A program made the translations under genes and the position numbers. The notes under the pieces are model-generated. The model worked only from the letters and a program-made list of their open reading frames with translations. It was not told where the DNA came from and did no database searches. A DNA stretch of 33,143 nt from Acetobacteraceae bacterium. Lineage in GTDB: Bacteria; Pseudomonadota; Alphaproteobacteria; Acetobacterales; Acetobacteraceae. This document shows, one piece after another, positions 24,212-31,562 of this stretch; the first letter of the stretch is position 1; every line of letters begins with the position of its first letter. The stretch is from positions 1 to 33,143 of the forward strand of contig JAFAHH010000225.1 in assembly GCA_019237355.1 (NCBI GenBank), written 5' to 3'.

Positions 24212-25369
24212 TTATGCCGCGTGTGCGCTCCCGGCGATGGAGGAGTAGACCGCAACGGTACGGCGGGCGATTTCGTCCCAGCCCGGTGCGGCGCCCGCGA
24301 GGTGTTGCATCTGGCGCGCGCAGGAAGCGGCAAATTCACGATCAGCAATCATGCGCGCCATTGCGGCGGCGAGCGCGGCGGGATCATTGGGTGGAACCAG
24401 TAGGCCCTGCTTTTCGTGTTCGATCGTTTCGCCAAAGCTACCGATCCGGGTCGCGATTACCGGGCGCCCGAAGGCGACGGCTAGGCTCAGGACGCCGCTG
24501 GCGTCGATCTCACGATAGGGAAACATAGCGATAGTGCCCGGCCCGAAGAGCTCGGGAACCTCCTCGTCGGATACGAAACGGGTATCCAGTTTGAGGCGGG
24601 CTGTCACTCCAAGCTTGGCGGCGAGCGCTTGGAAGGGCGCTAGGTCTATATATGGCTTGCCCACGACGAGCACCTCTGCCTGGCTTTGCAGCTCTTCCGG
24701 CAGTCTGGCGAAAGCTTCCAGCAAAAGATCGAGCCCTTTATAGGGTTTAATCTTTCCGAAGAGCAGGAACCGCAATGTCCCGCCCATCGAGTCGGCAGGC
24801 GCCTTGGCTGGTCCGCCGCCGAGCAGCCCGTGCGGCACGATCGAGATCAGCGCAGCTGCGGCCCCCTGGGTTAGCAGCCGCTGCCTGCCTTGCTCGGTAT
24901 GCACGATCAAGCGGTCGAAGCCGGCAAGACCGCGGGGCACGCCTAGCGCCTGAAGCCGGGCAGCCGGGGCGCCATTGAACGGATTCGTGTCGTGCACGGT
25001 CAGCACGAGGGGCGCGATCTGTTTCAGTCCGGGCAGGAAGAACCGATCAACAACGGGCAAGGGCATCCACTGAAAATGGATCACGTCGGGGCGGAATTGT
25101 GCCAGTTGCCGGCGCAATGCGGTCATCGACCATATATGCTCGGCCCCTTTGGCGGCCAAGCGCACGGCATTCGGGAAACTAAGCACAATGGGGCGGCTGG
25201 TCAGTCGATAAAAGGCCGGAACAAGCGGTACCTCCGCGATGTTGTTATCATCCGTACCGGGCGATCTGCCATATAAGCGCACTTCGTGTCCGACTTGCCG
25301 CAGGCCGGTAGCGAGAGCGGCATCGTATGGCAGGGTGAAAAGCGATGGGTCGATCAGGGCAATACGCAT
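24212..25369 (-). CDS. Glycosyltransferase family 4 (GT-B, group 1)
   Basis: 385 aa. The N-terminal half has MRIALIDPS...VIHFQW...LTVHD. The C-terminal half has LFGKIKPYKGLDLLLEAF, FPYREIDASGVLSLAVAFGRPVIATRIGSFGETIEHEKQGLLVPP (an EX7E-type region). Confidence 0.85.
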   Translation of the reverse strand: MRIALIDPSLFTLPYDAALATGLRQVGHEVRLYGRSPGTDDNNIAEVPLVPAFYRLTSRPIVLSFPNAVRLAAKGAEHIWSMTALRRQLAQFRPDVIHFQWMPLPVVDRFFLPGLKQIAPLVLTVHDTNPFNGAPAARLQALGVPRGLAGFDRLIVHTEQGRQRLLTQGAAAALISIVPHGLLGGGPAKAPADSMGGTLRFLLFGKIKPYKGLDLLLEAFARLPEELQSQAEVLVVGKPYIDLAPFQALAAKLGVTARLKLDTRFVSDEEVPELFGPGTIAMFPYREIDASGVLSLAVAFGRPVIATRIGSFGETIEHEKQGLLVPPNDPAALAAAMARMIADREFAASCARQMQHLAGAAPGWDEIARRTVAVYSSIAGSAHAA

Positions 25370-25520
25370 ATTACAGGTTCCTGCCGGAGCTTTTATGGAA
25401 ATGCAAACCTATTGATTCTAGAGGGCAATAGCGTGCCGCATTGTGTTCAAAATTTCGGTTTAATTGCGGGGGCGATTCGCGTTAAATTAGGCCACCAGCC
25501 ATCGCGCCCACCCGTGATCT

Positions 25521-27707
25521 ATGGAACAACAAGGTAGCCAGAGGAACATGGCCAGTATCGCTGTTGACCAGCCAATCGTAGATTCCCAGCCAAACACATC
25601 AGTACAGGACTTGTTCTCTCCCGGTCAATTTCTCACCGCCCTGCGCCGGGGCTGGCCGATTATTGTGCTCTGCGGATTTCTGTTTGCCGCCGGCGCCTTC
25701 GCTTATTCCCGCTACTGTCTGCCGAAAAAATATGCGGCGTCAGCGACCGTCGCCGTAGACGTCCGCAGCTTGGCTATCCCGCAGCTCCAGGGTGCGCTCA
25801 GCAGCGATGCGCTGCCTGACCCGATGCCGATCGTACGCAGCGAGGCACTGGTTCTACAGTCCCGAGCACTGCTGCAGTCGGTCGCTGAAAGACTCCATCT
25901 CGAGACCTATCCTGAGTTTAATTCTGCCCTAGAGCCGCCTTCACTTCGTGACCGCATCACACAAGCGATCAAGGACGCAATACCCGGTCCGATCGCCGCG
26001 ATTCTTTGGCCGCGGTCGGTCGGGGGGGCTGCAAAGGACAGCACGACTGAGCGAGTCGTGGCGGCGATGACGCGAAATCTTACCATCGAGAACGATGGTC
26101 GCAGCTTGATCATCAACGTGCAGTTCACGGCCGAAAACCCCGAGCTTGCCTCGCGCATCACGAACGCGTTGCTAGAGCGTTACCTGGATGACAAGGCCAA
26201 TGCCCGCGAGGCCGCGAATCGTCAGGCGAATACAGCGCTTACCGAGCGGCTGAAAGAAGTGCGCGCCGACGTGGATGCGCTAGAGCACAAGATCCAGGAG
26301 CGACGGCAGCAATATCACCTGGTGCAGACGCGCGCTGGCAGCGTGGGCCAGCAACAGCTTGAAGACCTTGCCGCCGCGGTTACCAAGGCGGCTGGCGACC
26401 GCACCCAGCTCGAGGCCAATTACCAGCGGGCATTGGTGCTCGCCCGCGCCGGCGGGGTTGCCGAGGATAGCGCGGAGGTGCTCAAGTCCAGTACAGTAGG
26501 TCAGCTGCGCGAGCGTGAGGCTGCGGCGGAGCGGCGCGTCGCGCAACTCTCCACCACCTTAGGCCCCGGACACCCTGTGCTCCTCGCGGCGCAGGCGGAG
26601 CTAGCATCAGCCCGGAACGCGCTCGCCGGCGAGGCCAGACGCGTGACGATTTCGCTCGGCTCGCAGGTGGAAGCGGCACGCGCACATGAGGCTGACCTCA
26701 AACGCCAACTGGCCGATGCTCAGCAGAGGGCTAGCAGCCTTGCGGCGGTGCAGGCCGAATTGCAACAACTGGAAAAGGACGCCGACGCGCGCCGGACCCT
26801 CTATCAATCACTTCTGCAGAGCGCTGAGCAAACGTCGGCGAAAGATGGGCCAGAACAAACGGGTGCCCGGATCGTAAGCCTGGCCGTTCCAACCTCAATG
26901 CCAATCAGCCCCCGCCCTAAGGTGGCGGCTGGGCTTGGGCTACTGAGCGGATTCGCCTTCGGGGGCCTGCTTGCAGTTGCGCTTAGGGGAAGGGAGCACC
27001 CGTTTACAAGCTCAAACGAGCTGACACGTGAGGCTGGGTTGGCTACCCTTACTGTTGTGCCAAAGGTTGCCGGGCGGGGAGTTTCCCTCGCTGCTCGCGT
27101 TCTAGCCGACCCTGCTGGCGCCGAGGCCGAGGCGCTCCGGTCCCTTCGCGCGCGAATGCGATTCACCTGTTCCGGTGCGGTGCCGCGGACCGTGCTCTTC
27201 GTTTCCAGCACGCCGGGTGAGGGAGCGTCGAGCGTTGCTGCAGCCTTCGCACGGGTCGCCGCCATGGATGGGGTGCGCGCATTGCTCATTGAAGGTGATC
27301 TCCGGAAGCCCTCGCTTGCACAAGCACTTCAGATGCCGCCGAGCAATGGGCTGGTCGACACGCTAGAGGGGCGTGATCATTGGTCAGAGCTGCTGGCCCA
27401 CGATCCAGCCAGCCCGTTGGACTGTCTGCTGGTTCACGGAGTCCAGCCGGGTGCCAACCAGCTTTTGGAAACCATGCAATTCCAAAATCTGCTTGCCGAG
27501 GCCAAGGATGAGTACAACCTAATCGTAATCGATAGCGAGCCGGCGACACATGAGGCGACTTCGATGATGCTGGCGCATAGCGTCGATATCGTCATACTGG
27601 TCGTTTCAGCCGGCACAACCACGGGCACACCAGTGCGCAATGCAATTGATGCCATCGCCGCCGCTGCACGCAAGCCGCCTGTTGCAGTACTGAACAAGGC
27701 GGTGTAG
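25521..27707 (+). CDS. Polysaccharide co-polymerase (PCP-2a/Wzc/ExoP-like) with a degenerate C-terminal BY-kinase domain
   Basis: 728 aa. Layout: TM1 (WPIIVLCGFLFAAGAFAY), a Wzz-like periplasmic coiled-coil region, TM2 (KVAAGLGLLSGFAFGGLLAVAL), then a MinD/CpsD-like domain. In that domain Walker A reads SSTPGEGASS (Ala569 where Lys is expected), A' reads LLIEGDLRKP and B reads LIVIDSEP. There is no C-terminal Tyr cluster. Confidence 0.85.
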   Translation: MEQQGSQRNMASIAVDQPIVDSQPNTSVQDLFSPGQFLTALRRGWPIIVLCGFLFAAGAFAYSRYCLPKKYAASATVAVDVRSLAIPQLQGALSSDALPDPMPIVRSEALVLQSRALLQSVAERLHLETYPEFNSALEPPSLRDRITQAIKDAIPGPIAAILWPRSVGGAAKDSTTERVVAAMTRNLTIENDGRSLIINVQFTAENPELASRITNALLERYLDDKANAREAANRQANTALTERLKEVRADVDALEHKIQERRQQYHLVQTRAGSVGQQQLEDLAAAVTKAAGDRTQLEANYQRALVLARAGGVAEDSAEVLKSSTVGQLREREAAAERRVAQLSTTLGPGHPVLLAAQAELASARNALAGEARRVTISLGSQVEAARAHEADLKRQLADAQQRASSLAAVQAELQQLEKDADARRTLYQSLLQSAEQTSAKDGPEQTGARIVSLAVPTSMPISPRPKVAAGLGLLSGFAFGGLLAVALRGREHPFTSSNELTREAGLATLTVVPKVAGRGVSLAARVLADPAGAEAEALRSLRARMRFTCSGAVPRTVLFVSSTPGEGASSVAAAFARVAAMDGVRALLIEGDLRKPSLAQALQMPPSNGLVDTLEGRDHWSELLAHDPASPLDCLLVHGVQPGANQLLETMQFQNLLAEAKDEYNLIVIDSEPATHEATSMMLAHSVDIVILVVSAGTTTGTPVRNAIDAIAAAARKPPVAVLNKAV

Positions 27708-27814
27708 CCGAAACTTGATCGCCTTTTTCCCGACGTCCTATCCCTTATTGGCTTTACGTTTAGATTGATTCTCTAGATTCGCACGGCTCCGAACAGAAGG
27801 GCTTGTTACTGCGT

Positions 27815-29086
27815 ATGGCATTCGTCTCTCGCCTGCTTGGCCGCCGCGAGCCCCTGGCCACGCCGGGGCAGCATTTGCAGCAATCTGAGTTGCGGCCCTC
27901 GCTTCCACGGGCTGGGCGCGCCGGGCGGCCCACATTTGGCTCTGCCTCGCTACCCCCGGCAAAGCAACAGACATTGCGTGAGGTCTTCACCCCGACCCGG
28001 CCGCAGCGCAGCGCACGTCGGCTCGTTGGCCGTCAGCCGGAACTGATCCGGATCTTTCGCGCGATCGCGGTCGACCGCGCCCATGTGGTGCTGTATGGCG
28101 AGCGCGGCCGGGGAAAGACTTCGCTGGTCAACCTCGTTGCGGCCGCCGCACGCAGCTCGGGCTATATGGTTGGCCGCTTCGCCTGCTCCTTCGATAGCAC
28201 TTTCGACGACATCGTCAGGGGTCTAGCGTGCGACCTCCCGGCATCCTTTCTCGCCGTGCCAGCCATCACGGATGGCGCGGGCGAGGGTTGTGAAGCCGGG
28301 CTTCCAATTGGAAAGCTACAACCCCGAGATATAGCAGCCCTGCCAGGCCGGCTAACCGGTAGGCATCTGCTGCTCATCATCGATGAGTTCGACCGGGTGG
28401 AGGATCCAGCAACCCGCACCCGCTTTGCTGATACGATCAAGCTTGTTTCCGATCGCGGTGCCGCCGTCAGCTTCGTTATTGTGGGGGTTTCGGACAGCCT
28501 CGAGGAACTGCTCGGCCGCCATCCCTCCATCCAGCGAAACATACTGGGTATGCCGCTCCCACTGCTTACCGACGCCGAAATCGAGGAAATTCTTGGCGAG
28601 GGCGGGCGCGAGGCCAATATAGAATTTCCCCGCCCAATGCGCGCCGTCATTGTGTCGCTCGCGCGGGGAATGCCCTATATTGCCCAGCTACTGGGCCTCC
28701 ATGCAGCTGCAGAGGCAGCAGCACGGGGCGCCACGGTTATCGGCAACCAAGACCTATACGCCGCGATCAAGCGTGCCGTCGACGAAGCCGATCCGCGCCT
28801 CACCGTTCTATATGAACGACTGACCAAGCGGGGGCGCGATGCCGCCATGCGTGATGCGCTCTATGGGATCGCTGCTGGCGAGCAGGACAAATTTGCGCGC
28901 TTCGTCGTGAATGACCAGGGAGGCGTCCTGCGCGCTGCAGGATTCCGGATTTCGCAGGCTCAATGGGAGCAAATTCTCGAGCTTGGGGCGGTCCGGCCAT
29001 GCCTCAGCGCTGGCCCCGGGGCGTACACCTTTGCCGACCCAATGCTTCCGCACTATGTGCTCATGCGCGAGGCGCTCGAGGGGTGA
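27815..29086 (+). CDS. AAA+ / P-loop ATPase (AAA_16 / Arch_ATPase / ORC-like organisation)
   Basis: 423 aa from ATG 27815 (the ORF opens with TTG 27803). LVGRQPELIRIF...HVVLYGERGRGKTSL is Walker A and LLLIIDEFDRV is Walker B. VIVGVSDSLEELL is sensor-like, and the C-terminal half is helical. Confidence 0.75.
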   Translation: MAFVSRLLGRREPLATPGQHLQQSELRPSLPRAGRAGRPTFGSASLPPAKQQTLREVFTPTRPQRSARRLVGRQPELIRIFRAIAVDRAHVVLYGERGRGKTSLVNLVAAAARSSGYMVGRFACSFDSTFDDIVRGLACDLPASFLAVPAITDGAGEGCEAGLPIGKLQPRDIAALPGRLTGRHLLLIIDEFDRVEDPATRTRFADTIKLVSDRGAAVSFVIVGVSDSLEELLGRHPSIQRNILGMPLPLLTDAEIEEILGEGGREANIEFPRPMRAVIVSLARGMPYIAQLLGLHAAAEAAARGATVIGNQDLYAAIKRAVDEADPRLTVLYERLTKRGRDAAMRDALYGIAAGEQDKFARFVVNDQGGVLRAAGFRISQAQWEQILELGAVRPCLSAGPGAYTFADPMLPHYVLMREALEG

Positions 29087-29095
29087 TCACAACGC

Positions 29096-30418
29096 TTACA
29101 GCGCAAAGTGCATCGCTATGAGAATTAGGCTTCGCGTATAACCGCCCGTATTGATCGTGGTTACATTTGGTTGACCCGTGAAGGTGCTGGGGCTGGCCCC
29201 GTTCTGCGTGGTAAAATCGTAGTCGGCCGAAAGCCGCATATTCCTGTTGAGCAGCCAATTGGCCCCAGCCCCAATGCTGAAGCTTGTCGAGCTAGTGCTG
29301 CTTTGCAGATACGCCGCGTTCTGAACGCTCAGCCGGCCTGTCAGAATCAAATTACGCAAGTATTCATGATAAACGGTCACGCCGGCCGTTGTATAAGTGT
29401 ACCCAGCGGTCCCCTCGGCGGCCGGGTCCTCAATAACGCGAGAGAGTAGGCCGGTGACGGTCGTAAGGCGCGTGGGCGTCCATATAACCGCGGCCTGGGC
29501 GATGGGTGCGATCTCGTTTTTGAAGGCGCGCGACTCGTAGCCCCGATATTCGAGACCTACCAGAACCTGATACCGAAGCGCGCCGCTCGACTCGTAATCG
29601 AGTCCCGCCAGCGCAAGGAAACTTTTGGAATTATAAGTGGGCTGCCCGATCTGTGGGCGCGTGAAGTGTGAATCCACCCCTTCGACTACGAATACCAGAT
29701 TACGCCGCTCACTGAGGTTATATCGCGTCGTCACGCCCGCCGTGACACCGACCCGATCACGGTATTCCTGGCTTACGGAGACGCCCTCGATTGTCGTGTT
29801 CTCGAAGTTATACGAGCGGACGCCGACGTTGGGACTGAAAGACAGACGACCAAGATCGAACGTATAGCCAGCCCGCAGATCGTTTACCTGATACGGAACC
29901 GGTGTTGTGGACGGTACTGCCCCGACATCCGTGGCTGACTGGTGCAAAGAAAGATGGGAATATCCAAGCGTGAGATCACTGCGGCCAATTGTGTACCCTC
30001 CGCCGAGAGATGCCGTCCAATCGGTGTGCGTCTGGTTCGTGGTATCGAAATATTTATAATTATCGAGACTGAACGCGGCACCAAGGCTGTTTCTCGACCA
30101 ATTTGAATTGAGAGCCAGGCTCGGGGAGGTTTGCAGCAACCAGCTTCCCGGGCTGGAGCTGAACCCGGTGGGGTTCGTGTCATAGCCAAAACTCTCACTG
30201 AGCTGGGGGCGAACAGTGAAGGCTCCGAGCGGAACGCCCGGCGCTTGGAACAGCGGCTGCACGCGTGAGAGGACTGTGACACCACGCTCCTCTCCATACC
30301 CGGGCACCCCTGGAGGGAAGTAGCTCTCCAGATATTGCGCGCAGGCCGGCGTGAATGACGCCAGAGTGAGGATCGCCCCCCAAGAGGCGGCGACGCATTT
30401 CAATCGCTTCGATGGCAT
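29096..30418 (-). CDS. Outer-membrane beta-barrel protein (BBP2/PF10082-like, EPS-locus associated)
   Basis: 440 aa from ATG 30418. The signal peptide is MPSKRLKCVAASWGAILTLASFTPACA-Q. The rest shows alternating amphipathic Y/G/T/S-rich strands (LGGGYTIGRSDLTLGYSH, RAGYTFDLGRLSFSPNVGVRSY, LSADYDFT). The ORF-track extension to 31024 overlaps the opposite-strand wza-like gene and is rejected. Confidence 0.75.
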   Translation of the reverse strand: MPSKRLKCVAASWGAILTLASFTPACAQYLESYFPPGVPGYGEERGVTVLSRVQPLFQAPGVPLGAFTVRPQLSESFGYDTNPTGFSSSPGSWLLQTSPSLALNSNWSRNSLGAAFSLDNYKYFDTTNQTHTDWTASLGGGYTIGRSDLTLGYSHLSLHQSATDVGAVPSTTPVPYQVNDLRAGYTFDLGRLSFSPNVGVRSYNFENTTIEGVSVSQEYRDRVGVTAGVTTRYNLSERRNLVFVVEGVDSHFTRPQIGQPTYNSKSFLALAGLDYESSGALRYQVLVGLEYRGYESRAFKNEIAPIAQAAVIWTPTRLTTVTGLLSRVIEDPAAEGTAGYTYTTAGVTVYHEYLRNLILTGRLSVQNAAYLQSSTSSTSFSIGAGANWLLNRNMRLSADYDFTTQNGASPSTFTGQPNVTTINTGGYTRSLILIAMHFAL

Positions 30419-30692
30419 TCGCCTCTCAGCCGCTCGCGGAACGGGCAGGACAGTTGCGGCCCCAGCCGAAATGGTCAAGATCAGAAATGGCCGATTCGGG
30501 TCCAGCGGCTCGGTCGAGGCTTGCCAAAATAGCCGGCCTGGCCGATTACAACCGTTGGCCGTCCAACCTAAACTCAAAACCCCGTCGCAAGAAGGAAGTC
30601 CTACAATCAGCATCGGGCCAAGAGAGGGATCCATCCTCCACAGCACAGAGTTGCTCCGGGGAGCACGAGTGCCTGCCAAAAAGCCGGACTTG

Positions 30693-31298
30693 ATGTTGCC
30701 GCCCCGGGCGGACGTGTCACGTCGGCTATTCTTATATCGTGTCGTCAGCTTCAGTCTCGGGATTGGCGGCTTACTTGAGGTCGGGGGGTGCGGCGGGCCG
30801 CCTTCAGGACTGCCGGTGCTCCCTACCGTCCAGCGGGCGGAATACCACCTTGGCCCTGGCGACCAGGTGCGGATAATCACTTTCGGCGGCGAGCAGCTTA
30901 CCGGCGAATTCCGCGTCGATGCCAGCGGCGATATCTCCCTCCCCCTAGTGGGCAACGTAAGAGCCGCCGGGCTCACGCCGCACCAACTCGAGACCGCTGT
31001 GGCCAAAGCGCTGGAGCGGTCCAAGCTTTACAAGAACCCTAGTGTCTCGGTCGAGGTCGTGAACTATCGCCCGATCTTCGTCCTCGGCGAAATCAACAAG
31101 CCCGGACAGTATCCCTACCAGCCGGGAATGACCGTGGTCACGGCCGTGGCCGTTGCAGGAGGGTTCACTTATCGGGCAATCGATAATGCCTTCTCTATCG
31201 TGCGCGACGTAAATGGAAGACCAATTGAGGGCCGCGCCGCGCGGCAGACTCTGGTGCAACCCGGGGACGTCATCACGGTGTATGAGCGACGCTTCTGA
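30693..31298 (+). CDS. Polysaccharide export protein, short Wza/GumB/ExoF-like lipoprotein (Poly_export + SLBB)
   Basis: 201 aa from ATG 30693. A lipobox-like LLEVGGC is followed by YHLGPGDQVRIITFG...DASGDISLPLVGNVRAAGLTPHQLE...YRPIFVLGEINKPGQYPYQPGMTVVTAVAVAGGFT...LVQPGDVITV. Confidence 0.85.
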   Translation: MLPPRADVSRRLFLYRVVSFSLGIGGLLEVGGCGGPPSGLPVLPTVQRAEYHLGPGDQVRIITFGGEQLTGEFRVDASGDISLPLVGNVRAAGLTPHQLETAVAKALERSKLYKNPSVSVEVVNYRPIFVLGEINKPGQYPYQPGMTVVTAVAVAGGFTYRAIDNAFSIVRDVNGRPIEGRAARQTLVQPGDVITVYERRF

Positions 31299-31562
31299 TC
31301 GCAGTGCCGCTGGATAACCAACGAGCAGGCCCGTAGCTTAGCGCAGGGCGGCTTGCCGATCGCTCGCGCAAGAGCTCGCGGGGTTGCGTTCTTGTGCCTG
31401 GGCGCGTGATGCCAAAGTCCTTCATTACACTACTGGCCGACGTGACTGGCGACCTTCGTACATCCGCAGGTAACGCCTTCACTGGGCGTATCGTTCCGGA
31501 TCCGCCAGTGGAGCAAAGCGAGACCTTCGCACCGTTCACGACGGATGATTTTACTAGGGTAG

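Noticed and set aside
30419-31024. N-terminal 202-aa extension of the OM-barrel ORF (642-aa version)
   Set aside because: It overlaps the opposite-strand wza-like gene and is Pro/Ser/Arg-rich. A textbook signal peptide begins at Met203 (ATG 30418).
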